A stretch of 64,000 nucleotides of DNA from contig JALGVJ010000011.1 of assembly GCA_029838195.1 (NCBI GenBank), forward strand, positions 48,044 through 112,043, read 5' to 3'. This document shows, one piece after another, positions 9,387 to 20,416 of the stretch. Position numbers and translations under genes: made by a program. How positions within the stretch are numbered: the first letter of the stretch is position 1; each line of letters opens with the position of its first letter. The stretch comes from Promethearchaeota archaeon (lineage in GTDB: Archaea > Asgardarchaeota > Lokiarchaeia > Sigyniarchaeales > SOKP01). The notes under the pieces were generated by a model. That model worked only from the letters and a program-made list of their open reading frames with translations. It searched no databases and was not told the origin of the DNA.

Positions 9387-12300
9387 TTATTTTTGAGAAG
9401 TCAAGGATGGGTATTGCTTTTCAAAAAATTCATTAAACAATTTAACATTTTTATAAGAATTAGTAATAGAGTCCCATTCTAATGTAGTTAGAGGGTTATA
9501 TTGTTTTAATTCTTTTTCTGAAAAAGGAAGGATTTCAGGAACATCAATAAGATCCGTGAGAAACATAAATTTTTTTATTCCCATGGAGATGAGTACTTGT
9601 TCGAAGGAGGAAATAAGATCTTTGAGGTCCGTGCCCATTGGAATCCAAAAAGAGATAAAAAACCCTTGGAAAAGCGTGAATTTTTGATCACCATAAACGT
9701 AAGACTTTCCTGAAATCTCTTTAATAAATCCAAAATTAAAATATTGAAAAATGGAGATTAATAAATTCTTTTTATCCTTAGGAATGTTTAAAATAAGAAG
9801 GTGAATTTCTTCCGATAAATTTAAATTTTTCAAGTTCATGTAGGGATGAATCAATTTTTTTTTTAATAGAAGGGATAATGCGTCATGTTGTTCTTTCGAG
9901 CATTTATCTGGAGTAAAAATAAAAGAAGATAAGTCTTTAGGTGTTAATCCATGAACTTTTAATAGAGCAGAAAATTCTTCTGAATTTGGAGGATAAACAT
10001 CATTAGAAGGGTATAATGAAAAAGCATGATGCTCGCGGTGTTCACGGTGCTTCTCTGTTAATATGAGGTTAGCGTGGGCTCGAAAATTTTCCGTATTAAT
10101 CCTCCATTCTCCTGCGCTGAAATTATGATCGAAATTGAATATTTCGTGAATGACTTCAGTTTTGAAAAGAATGCATTCTTTTATGGCTTTTTTTGAAAAT
10201 AACAACCACTTTAAATAGCTCAGATTGGGCAAGTCTTGGGGAAATAAATAGGAGATAAAAAACATTGCATCAGGACAATATTCCGCCGCTGAAATTTGAA
10301 CGGTTTGAAAAGTATTGGATAATAATAATTTAAAATCAAGTGTTTCAGGAGAAGTGTCTATAACCCTAATATATAAATAATATTGTTCCAAGCTAAACGC
10401 TTTATAATTTGTGAAAAAAAGAAGGGATTGCAAGTGCGATTGTAATGTTTTTATTAAATTTTCATAATGAAATGGTTTTTTTAAAATATCCTTTAGATTT
10501 TCTCTAATTATTCTTAATTCTCGAATTATATCCATTGATATTAAATGATACTTGTTTTCATTTTCTTTTTGAAGCTTTAAAACACACGCTTGTAATTTTT
10601 CATTATTTAATGCCATCAGATTGTCGTAAACGGAAGGGAAATGGGCTTGAAAATGGTTAATCTTGGGTAAAGAAGAGAGATTTGTAATATTGTTCGCTTT
10701 CAATAAATATTTGACGTATTTATTGAGTTCCTTGAATAAAGAAGCATCGTAAATGAATTCTTTTTTACCAAAATCGTAGAAATTATGGCTTGTTTGAAAA
10801 GAAAAAAATCCATCTGAAATTCCACGATAATAAAATTTAATATCTTTTCCAAAATAATTCAAAAAAAACAAAAACCATTCTTTTTTATTTGAAAGAACGG
10901 AAAGATAACCTCCAATTTGTTTTTCCTTATTATTTTTAAATATAGAAACAAGTAAACGAGGGATTAATTTATTAAATTGAGTTAATTTCTGATTAAAAGA
11001 ATTAAAATTATCAGGAGAGAGAATTGCATCAAATATATATTGACAAAAATGGCTTACTGATAAGGTGTTAATAAAAAAAGGCGCTATTACTTTATTTTTA
11101 AGATATTTTTCATAGAGATGGGTGAGATATTTAATAGTAATTTTACCACTTAAATTTTCTTCTTGAATTTTTTTTAAATATATATTTTTCTGAATTAAAA
11201 ATTTTTGAAATATAGGGGGTTTTCGGATATATTGAATCACGGTATTAACATCAAAGACATTTAATGCTTCTAAGGATGTAATAAAATTGAATAATAAATC
11301 AATCTGTGATTTATCTTGAATATCCGATAAAAAAGGTAAGTTTTTTGAAATTAAAAAATCCGTATTTTTTAAGCATGCTAATTCCATGATGATGTTTTTT
11401 TGTTTTTTTCCCTTTTTTTGAATCAAAGTTTCAAAAGAAGGGGATTCAGAAAAATCTTTTAATAAACATATTATTTCTTTTAAATGAAAAAAACCACCTT
11501 TAACTGATTTTAAAATGGAAAAAAAAAAGGAGCGAACATATTTATTATTTACAATGCCATCATGTCCCAATTTCAAATTCATAAGATTGCTCTTTAAACT
11601 ACTTAAAGCTTCATTTAAATACTTTTGTAGCGTAATAATAGCATCTTTTATATAAGATTGAAAAGAAAACCCCGAAGGCCCCCAATTATTTAATCGATTT
11701 AAAAAAGTATATTCTATTAAATTTAATGAGAGATCTGATTGGTTATTACGTTTAAATTTTCTCTTCAAAATGAATCGATTTTCTATTAATTTCTCTTGAA
11801 TTAATTTATTTAAGAATTCATGATAGTTCATTTTAAAATAGTTTAAATTCAAGCAGTTTTCTGTTTCAATGCTCTCTTTCAAAGAATAGGAGCAAATATT
11901 TAATTTATTTAATTGAATTAAAAATTGTTTTAAATCTCCTACAAATGTGGAGGGAATTACGAAAAATCCCCAATATCGATTTTCTAAAGAATTTAACACT
12001 TGATAATTATATCCATAAAAGGGCATATGTTGTATAATTTTTTTAGGAATTGAATTTAGCAAGGAAGGATGGAATTGAAAAAAACAATAAAAGACCTTTA
12101 TTCCAATTCTCGACCAATCGATAAAATAAGAAGGAGAAAGAGGAGAATATTGAATTAATCTTAAGTTTTTACTAAATTTGCGTAAAGAAAGAGAAGTGTT
12201 AATTTTTCCTACGGATTTATATTCTTTAAATAAAGATTTATATTCTTCATTTGAGGTAAAAATTTTTTTATTGTAAAAAATTTGGGATAAAGCCCAAATA

Positions 12301-13031
12301 GTTTCGATTAACTCTTGATTCCCGTGCATGTTCTTAAAGAAATCCCGAATTTGATCCTTGAATATTAAATCATAAAATTGATCGTTAATGGCAGAAATTT
12401 TATCTCCATGAAGTTGAAAATACTGAAGTATAGCACGTTCATTAGAACTCACATCATTGGATAATGGAACGTCTTGGAACCATTTGTGTAAAAATAAAGC
12501 GGAATATTCTCCTGAAAATAAAGACAATGCTTCTTGGTTCATGTATGCTGCATCCAATTCGTTGAAAAAAGACTTGGGAAGAAATCTTAATTTTTTTAAT
12601 TGAGCTATAGAAAGATGATATAGAGTTAAGGAAATTACCATTAAATGGGATAATTCTGGAGGTATGAAACAATAATAAATTTCTCGTATTAAGATAAAAG
12701 GTAAAAATGGAATCATGGTTTCTGGAATACGGATTTCATGAAGTTCCATTCCCTTTAAATCGTTTATAACTTTTCTGATAATTCCAAAATCCATTAAATT
12801 TAAATTTAAATTTAAACCATTTTCTTTCACATCTGGTGCATTAGAATTAGAAATAAATACAAATTTAACATGATGGAAGGTTTTTAAAGGATCCAATTCT
12901 TTCTTTTTAATTTCTAAGATTTTATTAAAACTTTTTTCGAGAAAACAGCTATCTATTTCAGCAGCCTGCTCTTTTATTTTCTCCAAAATAAATTTTAGAT
13001 CGTTTTCTAAATCTTTTACTTCATTAAGCAT
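9387..13031 (-). CDS. 1214-aa hypothetical protein with repeated Lrp/AsnC-like modules
   Basis: Recurring motif IDWSRIGIKVFYCF / NYKAFSLEQYYLYI / NLKNLNLSEEIHLL, typical of the Lrp HTH-to-RAM junction. Confidence 0.6.
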   Translation of the reverse strand: MLNEVKDLENDLKFILEKIKEQAAEIDSCFLEKSFNKILEIKKKELDPLKTFHHVKFVFISNSNAPDVKENGLNLNLNLMDFGIIRKVINDLKGMELHEIRIPETMIPFLPFILIREIYYCFIPPELSHLMVISLTLYHLSIAQLKKLRFLPKSFFNELDAAYMNQEALSLFSGEYSALFLHKWFQDVPLSNDVSSNERAILQYFQLHGDKISAINDQFYDLIFKDQIRDFFKNMHGNQELIETIWALSQIFYNKKIFTSNEEYKSLFKEYKSVGKINTSLSLRKFSKNLRLIQYSPLSPSYFIDWSRIGIKVFYCFFQFHPSLLNSIPKKIIQHMPFYGYNYQVLNSLENRYWGFFVIPSTFVGDLKQFLIQLNKLNICSYSLKESIETENCLNLNYFKMNYHEFLNKLIQEKLIENRFILKRKFKRNNQSDLSLNLIEYTFLNRLNNWGPSGFSFQSYIKDAIITLQKYLNEALSSLKSNLMNLKLGHDGIVNNKYVRSFFFSILKSVKGGFFHLKEIICLLKDFSESPSFETLIQKKGKKQKNIIMELACLKNTDFLISKNLPFLSDIQDKSQIDLLFNFITSLEALNVFDVNTVIQYIRKPPIFQKFLIQKNIYLKKIQEENLSGKITIKYLTHLYEKYLKNKVIAPFFINTLSVSHFCQYIFDAILSPDNFNSFNQKLTQFNKLIPRLLVSIFKNNKEKQIGGYLSVLSNKKEWFLFFLNYFGKDIKFYYRGISDGFFSFQTSHNFYDFGKKEFIYDASLFKELNKYVKYLLKANNITNLSSLPKINHFQAHFPSVYDNLMALNNEKLQACVLKLQKENENKYHLISMDIIRELRIIRENLKDILKKPFHYENLIKTLQSHLQSLLFFTNYKAFSLEQYYLYIRVIDTSPETLDFKLLLSNTFQTVQISAAEYCPDAMFFISYLFPQDLPNLSYLKWLLFSKKAIKECILFKTEVIHEIFNFDHNFSAGEWRINTENFRAHANLILTEKHREHREHHAFSLYPSNDVYPPNSEEFSALLKVHGLTPKDLSSFIFTPDKCSKEQHDALSLLLKKKLIHPYMNLKNLNLSEEIHLLILNIPKDKKNLLISIFQYFNFGFIKEISGKSYVYGDQKFTLFQGFFISFWIPMGTDLKDLISSFEQVLISMGIKKFMFLTDLIDVPEILPFSEKELKQYNPLTTLEWDSITNSYKNVKLFNEFFEKQYPSLTSQK

Positions 13032-13521
13032 GGTAAATTCTAATCTTTAAAAATTATCTTGCCCGTTAATTCTTATATTAACCTTTATTAAAATGATTTA
13101 TAAATGTTTTCTTCTATTATTTTTTCTATATTTTTTTTATTATATTTTCTATTTTCTTTTTATAAAAACTTCTTATAATTCTTCACGGTAACCAAAAGAA
13201 TAAAATTTAAGCGCCATTTTGATTAGGAGATTTTTTAAATTTCAAAAAAGAGAGAAAGAAGAAAAAGATAAAAAATAATGAATTTCTTAATGAAGATCAT
13301 ATAAAAAATAGATTCCTTCTAATAACGGATAATTCGAAAGATTAAATAAAAATATACTTGATAGAAACTCATTATTTTGATATATTGTTTTGTTATTCTA
13401 TTTATGGAAAAAATTTTCTTTAAAATGGAACATCTAATTTTTTTTCATTTAAATAATAAGAGTAAAAAAAAGATTCAATAAAGGAATAATGAAGAAAAAA
13501 TAAAATAAAAAGGGAATTATC

Positions 13522-13743
13522 ATGATATTAGATTATTATTCTCGTGTTTTAGATGGTGTAGAATTTCTCATTGCCGTTGGCTCTCTCGTGGGCCTTTTTG
13601 GTGTTATCATTGGATTTATTTTATTCATTTTTGGTTCTACTAGATACCGTTTACGTATTTTATTTTTTATTATTATTAGTTGTCTATTATTAATCGCATG
13701 TGGATGGGCCACTGGTTTACGTTATTTTCATATTCGAATATAA
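13522..13743 (+). CDS. Small 2-TM membrane protein
   Basis: 73 aa, two hydrophobic helices joined by a basic loop (STRYRLR); purine-rich sequence upstream. Confidence 0.65.
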   Translation: MILDYYSRVLDGVEFLIAVGSLVGLFGVIIGFILFIFGSTRYRLRILFFIIISCLLLIACGWATGLRYFHIRI

Positions 13744-14389
13744 ATCAATTTTTTATTTATATAGATTTATCGTCTTAGTATTATAGATCTAAATTCATTA
13801 ATAATTCTTCCTGAGTCCGTGGATAAGATGAGTATTAAATTAAAAAATACAAATAAATCTACTAAAAAATCATCATTAAATGTTAAACATTCTTTCTCAG
13901 AAAAAAATAAAACAAGAAAAAACCAAGAGAAAATTTTTTTTTTAGACTTAACAATAATTTTTGAAACTTGTCGCTATTATATTGAAGGGAAGAAAATAAA
14001 AGCATCTAATATTAAATATTTAATCCGATTACAAAATTCTCCTCGAAAAAAGAATCTGCCCCCTTTTTTTAATTATTTACTTCATGAATTTTTAAATAAT
14101 AGAATAAAATCCAGATAATTCTTTTTTTAAAATTTGCTTAATTTGATTTTTAATTTCTTTTGGAGCATTACTAAATTCCGAGCCAATTGAAAAATCAATT
14201 ATTTTCTTAAATTCTTCTCTTTTCTTTATTTTTTTAATTTTTTCTATATTCTTCTTTTTAATAGAAGAAGAATAGATAAGAATATATTGAGAAAAAGCAA
14301 AAATTTCCGCCTAATTGCAAGCTGACAAGAGTGTTTAAAAATGGGAACATTCAAATTGAATATACGCCTACTAAATTTGACCGAAAAAA

Positions 14390-14602
14390 GTGGAAAATGA
14401 ACAAGTTCAGGAGTTATTGAACAAATTAATCAAAGAAACTTTAAAAGGACCAAAAGAATGGACCATTCCGAGCTCGTCAGAAGAAGGTAAATATTATACA
14501 GTAAAAGTAGATGCTACCGGGAAATGGTCCTGCACATATCCTCAATTTATTTATCGTAAAAAAGAGTGCAAGCACATCGTGGCGTGTAAAAAAGAATATT
14601 AA
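14390..14602 (+). pseudogene. SWIM zinc-finger fragment
   Basis: SSSEEGKYYTV...WSCTYPQF...ECKHI: SWIM CxC...CxH with the second Cys changed to Tyr (TAT). Confidence 0.6.
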
Positions 14603-15214
14603 TTGTATTTATTATTTTTTTTATTACTCATGCTAATTAAGCATGTATCACGGGCCTAATTAAGGGAGAACTTTTTTTTGATTTAAATTGTTTCGAGCAT
14701 TTATGATCCATCTCTCGCTTTTTTCCACAATGATCGCCCCCTAATTTTTGACACGTGCGGCTTGTTTTTTCATAGTACGTGCAGGTAGCATTATATTTAC
14801 ATTTCATTTATCTTAATACCCTCTTTTTTTTAATTCTATTTTAATCATTAATAATTGCAATATAAAATGCAATAGTAATTATTCATGAATTTATTTAAAG
14901 GAAAAATTTTTTTAAAAACGTGCTCCGTGAAAGGATTTCTCAATACAATGAATTAATCTTGCTTTTTTTCTTACTTTTTATTATTTTAGTTTAATAAAAA
15001 GCATAAATTAATAACAGGAAGGAAAAAAAAGGAGGGAGGAGATTGAAAAAGATGGACTAAAAAAAATAATATTATTAAGATATGAAAATATTAATTTTAA
15101 TTTTAAATTTTTAAAAATTTTGCGATGGAGAATTTCTTTTTATTTAAATAAACAAGATGATAAATATATATAATCTAATTAAAAAATAATTAAATTTAAG
15201 AACTACAGGAAAAA

Positions 15215-15418
15215 ATGGAAGAAAACATGATTATTGATGATTGGATGGATTTTTCCAATATTAAAAAAATGGACCGGAATACCTATGAAATCTCGGGAAT
15301 AGTGTGGGAGAAAACGTGGACTGAGGACGAGGAATTTATTGATCAATTTGTTGAAATTTTAGATCAATATAAAGGGAAAAAAATTAAGGTTAATATAAAG
15401 ATAGAACTCCAATCCTAA
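15215..15418 (+). CDS. Small acidic hypothetical protein
   Basis: 67-aa ORF with protein-like composition; TATA-like aatatata upstream. Confidence 0.55.
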   Translation: MEENMIIDDWMDFSNIKKMDRNTYEISGIVWEKTWTEDEEFIDQFVEILDQYKGKKIKVNIKIELQS

Positions 15419-15513
15419 AATTGTTATTTCAAAGAGTTTTCTAAATTTTTACTATTATTTGTTTTTTATATTTTTAATTCTTTCCACATTTTAAAGCTAT
15501 TTTTAATTTTAAT

Positions 15514-15816
15514 TTAATCTAATTCTAGTTCACGAAAAATTTGTTTTTGATCAAAAGAGGGAGAAATTTTATAATATTTTTTAGAATAGGAAAATATACC
15601 TTCTCGAAAGAGAAATCCATGAGCTTCGAGAATATCTAATGTCTTCCAAAGGAAATAAAGATAGGAGCGCTCATTGGAAGGAATGTTAAAATAATACCAC
15701 AATTTTTTCGTGTTAATGAAATTTTCGCCTTGTTCATGTAATAGGTTAATAGTTGAGATAATTTTTTTCATTCGTGTCTTTTTAATGTTTTTAATTTTTT
15801 TTAATTGAGGTTCCAC
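15514..15816 (-). CDS. Small winged-helix-like protein
   Basis: LWKTLDILEAHGFL...KYYKI wHTH recognition helix/wing pattern; divergent from the GNAT gene. Confidence 0.5.
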   Translation of the reverse strand: MEPQLKKIKNIKKTRMKKIISTINLLHEQGENFINTKKLWYYFNIPSNERSYLYFLWKTLDILEAHGFLFREGIFSYSKKYYKISPSFDQKQIFRELELD

Positions 15817-15993
15817 TAAGCTTCTCCTCTTTTGGTGGAATTCTTGAGAAGATGAGATACAAATTATCTATTATTTTAAAAAAGTTTGAAATGCGAGAAG
15901 AAATAATAAGAAATCTTTTTTTTAATCAATTTTGAATTTTTTCTTTCCTCATTTTTTATTTAAATAGATTGGTTGAAAAAGGGTTCTTAATCG

Positions 15994-16017
15994 TCTCGTG
16001 ACTAAGTTTTCACGAGA
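15994..16017. promoter_or_regulatory. Inverted repeat, putative operator
   Basis: TCTCGTGA-N8-TCACGAGA between the divergent wHTH and GNAT genes. Confidence 0.5.
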
Positions 16018-16086
16018 TCTCATGATAATGAAGAAAATAACATGAAAAAATGAATAAAAAAATAAAACTTCGAGGGATAACTTTTT

Positions 16087-17322
16087 ATGACCTTACAAGT
16101 TAAATCCGTGTCAAGTTTTCGTTTTGATGAGTTATTTCATGACTATATTAATCAATTTCATGAAAATCTCTATCATGTCATTCCTGATGTGAAAAGTGGT
16201 TCTACATTACCATTACAATTAGTTAGGAACTCTCCCGTGAAAAAATATAATCCTATTATTCAAGCAGCTTCTCCCGATCATGCTCAAGAAATCGTGAACA
16301 TCTACAGAGATATTTACGGAAACACGTATCCGTATAAGGAAATGACGGACGTAGAAGAGGTCAGACGAATGTTGAAAAATAAGGATTATACCTTCATCTT
16401 ATTTAAGGATAAAAATGATATCATAATGGGTTGCTTCACGTTCGTGTTTGATTTTGTCCATCGCCGAGCCTACATGCGGGGATATAACGTGAAACGGAAA
16501 TATCAGAAGTATTTTGACGTGGTAAAAGGGTTCATTGGATCACTTCTTGCCATGATTCATGAGCATCAAGATCGAATATTGATGTGGTATGCGGAAAATC
16601 GAACGGCACATTCTGCCTCACAATATTTTTGTCAAGTAGCCGGCGTGAAAAACGTGGCGTTTCTTCCTAATAAAGATATTTTTTTAAATAAAATTGAATC
16701 TGACATGATGCACGTGGGTTATCACGAGACCATGCTAAAAACCTTGCGATCATCTCGCTTTTTTTGCATTCTTCCGGAAGTCGTGCCGTGTTTTACCTTC
16801 ATTTCTCAACGATATTCCTTTCTTGCCCATTCAATTAATGTTGTAAACCCCGATTTATTCCTAGATCACATCCGAGTTCATGAAAATGTTCATCGTATAA
16901 CAAGATGCATGAAAATGGATGCGTTCGGACATGTGACGTTTACCTTTAAAATTAGGGGTTCTGACAGCTTTTTAAAAGGTTTGTATACCTCTACCATAAA
17001 AAACATGGAAAAAATTAAATATCACGCGGAGTCTTTGGAAGAATTATCCGCATTCTTAATCCATCTGCAACATTTAAGAGAATCTTTAGGCGTGCGATAC
17101 GTGGAGTGCATGGTATCGGCTCGAGAACCATTGCATCAGCGGATATTTTTAAACCACGGATTTTATCCCAGGGGATACATGCCCTCATGGGAATTTGATG
17201 AAGACGAAAAGAAATTTTACGATTGCATTCTATTTAATTGGTTCCTTCCTCCTCTTGCTCCCGATTTAAAACTGATAGATGAGGGGTGGATGTTATTACG
17301 CTATTTGAACTTTATTAATTGA
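16087..17322 (+). CDS. Tandem GNAT-fold acetyltransferase-like protein
   Basis: IYRDIYGNTYPYKE, ENRTAH..SQ, C-terminal QRIFLNHGFYPRGYMP. Confidence 0.7.
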   Translation: MTLQVKSVSSFRFDELFHDYINQFHENLYHVIPDVKSGSTLPLQLVRNSPVKKYNPIIQAASPDHAQEIVNIYRDIYGNTYPYKEMTDVEEVRRMLKNKDYTFILFKDKNDIIMGCFTFVFDFVHRRAYMRGYNVKRKYQKYFDVVKGFIGSLLAMIHEHQDRILMWYAENRTAHSASQYFCQVAGVKNVAFLPNKDIFLNKIESDMMHVGYHETMLKTLRSSRFFCILPEVVPCFTFISQRYSFLAHSINVVNPDLFLDHIRVHENVHRITRCMKMDAFGHVTFTFKIRGSDSFLKGLYTSTIKNMEKIKYHAESLEELSAFLIHLQHLRESLGVRYVECMVSAREPLHQRIFLNHGFYPRGYMPSWEFDEDEKKFYDCILFNWFLPPLAPDLKLIDEGWMLLRYLNFIN

Positions 17323-17810
17323 CATTACTCCAATGTTATTTTCATGAATTATTTAACTTGATGCTTCGACTTCTTTTTTTTCAGTGAATCTTTTAGATTA
17401 ATAATGGCTTTGGAAATAATTGGGTTTTTTGATGGTCTAAGAAGAGAGAGCCCAGAAAGAATGGATCTTACCTGCTAATAATCCCGGAAGGTCTTTCACG
17501 ATGAACAAATTAGCATGCATCCAACAAGAAATCCAGGATTCATGTTGGCGGCATCGAGCATCCATTACATTCGGATGATAAGTTCACGCAATAAATCCTT
17601 AGTAAATGAATTCGCACCTTCCGAATATGTGCTTTCGAATGACGGATATTCTTAAGAAAAGCAAAGTAAGGCGTTATTTTAAAAGTTTGTCGCTAGGGGA
17701 TTTTTGATTTTTTAATGAATTGATTTTAATCATTAATTCTGAGTTTAATACCATTTGTAGATCATTCTTAATCTTTTAAAGATTTCTTCTAGAATTCCAA
17801 GAAAGGAGTG

Positions 17811-18125
17811 TTAATTTCTTTGGGAATGAACGGGTGCCGGAAATCTTCCTTGTCGATTTATGAAAGAATCACATGAAATTTTCTTCACTGGTATGACCAC
17901 GAAACATCCTAATAATCCTCCGAATTCCACCACTTCCCCCGCTTCTTTACCAATAACGAGTATAATTCTAATTTTCGTGGTTTTCCCGTTAATCATGCCA
18001 ATGGCGGCTTCGTCCGCAATAATTCCAGCAATTTTGCTTGATGGTGTGGAGCTGAGGATGCAAATCATATCGAGACCTACGGAACAGACGCTAGTCATGG
18101 CTTCTGATTTTTCGAGCGTGCCTCT
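17811..18125 (-). pseudogene. C-terminal fragment of a DUF711/UPF0210 (PFL-like) protein
   Basis: [19 protein letters not shown]...[16 protein letters not shown]...VEFGGLLG...GRFPAPVHS matches the family C-terminus; in-frame stop just upstream, so the N-terminal bulk is missing. Confidence 0.85.
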
Positions 18126-18456
18126 TAATCAATTCCTTTTTGACTTCTTTTTTCCGGCGTATAAGACTAATTTCGAGGGGAACATGCGGCGAGCAGTGAG
18201 CCAAGCACAGCTTCGTTCCCAACTCAAGATACTTTTTAGCTGAAATGAAGAGCCCGAAAATTAATAAAAAATGAAGAATATAATAAACTAACGTGTTATG
18301 GAGATATTACATGTCTTGGCATAATGATTTACGTGCTATTTTAAAAGAACGAAAATATATTAAGTAAAGCTAAACAAAAAGAGAGAGTATTTCTAATTAA
18401 ATAACTTGTTAATCTAAAATAAACTTAAATTAACTCAAATTATTTGAAATAATATC

Positions 18457-18990
18457 ATGACATTTGATTTTAAAAAAGAAATAAAAGGGATCATCTCTGT
18501 TATCGGAGCAAGTGAAGTAGATGAAAATATTGAGAAAAAAGCTTTACAAATGGGGCGTTTACTCGCTAAAAATGGTTTTGCTGTAGCGTGTGGGGGATTG
18601 TCTGGCGTCATGGAAGCTGTCTGCAAGGGTGCTAAAGAAGGAGGCGGTTTAACAATAGGAATCATTCCTTATAAGGATAAAAGTGCTGCCAATCCGTTTG
18701 TTGATATTGCTATTCCCGTTCCCTTCTCTCAAGCCAGAAACATTGTGGTAGTTCTAACGGGAGATATTTGCGTGGCTATTGGAGGAAAAGCGGGCACATT
18801 AACGGAAATTGCCTTGGCATGGATATATGGGAAACCAATAATAGCTTTAACTAGCGTGGAAGGATGGTCCTCAAAAATAGCGGAGCAAAAAATTGATGAC
18901 CGCCGTTCGGATAAAATTCATGGCGCTGAAACTCCGGAAGTCGTTATAAATAAAATTCATGAAATTTTAAAAAACCACACCATGAAATAA
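18457..18990 (+). CDS. LOG/TIGR00725 family Rossmann-fold protein
   Basis: CGGLSGVMEA, GGLTIGIIP, ARN, GGKAGTLTEI. Confidence 0.92.
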   Translation: MTFDFKKEIKGIISVIGASEVDENIEKKALQMGRLLAKNGFAVACGGLSGVMEAVCKGAKEGGGLTIGIIPYKDKSAANPFVDIAIPVPFSQARNIVVVLTGDICVAIGGKAGTLTEIALAWIYGKPIIALTSVEGWSSKIAEQKIDDRRSDKIHGAETPEVVINKIHEILKNHTMK

Positions 18991-19093
18991 CATGCTTCAC
19001 CTTTTTTAGAAAAAAAAAACCTAAATGTTTTTATTCTCTTCATCAGTGCACGAATTTAATAAATAAGGAACTATATTTGCTAAAAACTAAAAA

Positions 19094-20416
19094 ATGAAAA
19101 TAAATTTTAAAGAATTTTTCATAGTCCATTTAAACTGGTTTAAATTACAATTAAAAATAATTTTTGCATCTCTTCTCTTAGGAGTAGTGTGCGGCTTCGT
19201 AATGGTGGGATTTACATTTTTATATAATTTTTTCAAATTTGGATTTTCCTTTTTACCTTACTTTACAACTCCCATGATAGCAGGAATCTTAACGGGCATG
19301 TTAGTAAAATATGGAAAAATGGAACAAGTTTTAGGTACGGGAGTATCGAGATTTGTTAGAGATGCGAATTTTATTGATTTTTACCACTTACTTGACAAGC
19401 AAGAATGGAAACAAAGAATTAAAAATACAATAGGCAAGACATGTGCAACATCTTGGACATATGGCTCGGGCATGTTATGCGGATTAGAAGGGCCCGGGCT
19501 TTTTATAGGTTCTAGCGTTGGATTCATATTTGCCAAATTTAAAAAATTAGGAATTACCATGAAAGATGGCTTTTTCATTGGAGCTAGTGCTTGTACGGGA
19601 GCCATCTTGAGAAGTCCGATTAGTGGGGCATTATTTTGTGCTGAATTACCCTACTATAATAACATTCGCTATCAATCATTGCTTCCCTCCATTTTTGCGT
19701 CTGTTATTGCTTTTTGCATACATGGAATATTTTTTGGCTTTAAACCTTTTATAGAGACGACTTTTCTTAATCAAAGTTTCTTAATCGTGAATTTTTTAGA
19801 TCTTCTTATTTATCTCATGGTTTTTGGAACGATAATGGGGATTTTCGTATTAGTATTCATGTCTATTTTAAAATTTTATATGAACGCATTAAAAACTAAT
19901 TTTTCTAATGCATCTAAAATATGGATTCTTCCCATTTTGGGGTCAATTGGCTATAGTATTTTATTATTGATTAGCATGCCATTCCTTTCAATTGAAAATC
20001 AAGAACTTCTCTTTTATTCGGGATCCCATTTTATTTCTTTTTTAATGTATTTCTATAGTTCGAATGGAGACATTTGGATAATATATCTAATTTTTTTATC
20101 ATTGTTTATCTTGGCAATATTTTTATCAATTGGTACTTATAATTCAGCCGGAATTATCTCACCCCTCCTCTTATTAGGAGCTCTGTGTGGAGGGCTTTTT
20201 GGAGCAGTATTTTATCCAGAATTTATTGAATTATTCATCTTATTAGGGATGTCCGCCGTATTAGGAGCGGCATTAAATAATCCCATAACTGCGATTTTTA
20301 TAATAATAGAAATGACATGGGCTCCTTTCTTATTCCTTCCCGCCGGAATTACCACGATAATCGCATATATTTTTTCCGGGCCAACCACGATTATTCCAGC
20401 TCAGAGAAAAGATTAA
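19094..20416 (+). CDS. ClC family chloride channel/transporter
   Basis: GTG, GLEGP, GAILRSPISGALFCAE, GIISPLLLLG, NPITAIFIIIEMT. Confidence 0.9.
   Translation: MKINFKEFFIVHLNWFKLQLKIIFASLLLGVVCGFVMVGFTFLYNFFKFGFSFLPYFTTPMIAGILTGMLVKYGKMEQVLGTGVSRFVRDANFIDFYHLLDKQEWKQRIKNTIGKTCATSWTYGSGMLCGLEGPGLFIGSSVGFIFAKFKKLGITMKDGFFIGASACTGAILRSPISGALFCAELPYYNNIRYQSLLPSIFASVIAFCIHGIFFGFKPFIETTFLNQSFLIVNFLDLLIYLMVFGTIMGIFVLVFMSILKFYMNALKTNFSNASKIWILPILGSIGYSILLLISMPFLSIENQELLFYSGSHFISFLMYFYSSNGDIWIIYLIFLSLFILAIFLSIGTYNSAGIISPLLLLGALCGGLFGAVFYPEFIELFILLGMSAVLGAALNNPITAIFIIIEMTWAPFLFLPAGITTIIAYIFSGPTTIIPAQRKD

Noticed and set aside
13819-14118. 99-aa ORF
   Set aside because: Low-complexity K/N-rich sequence in very AT-rich DNA with no motif; cannot be supported
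14700-14790. Possible fragment of a PLP-enzyme gene on the minus strand
   Set aside because: Too short and stop-interrupted to assign
17860-18243. 127-aa plus-strand ORF
   Set aside because: Antisense shadow of the DUF711 fragment
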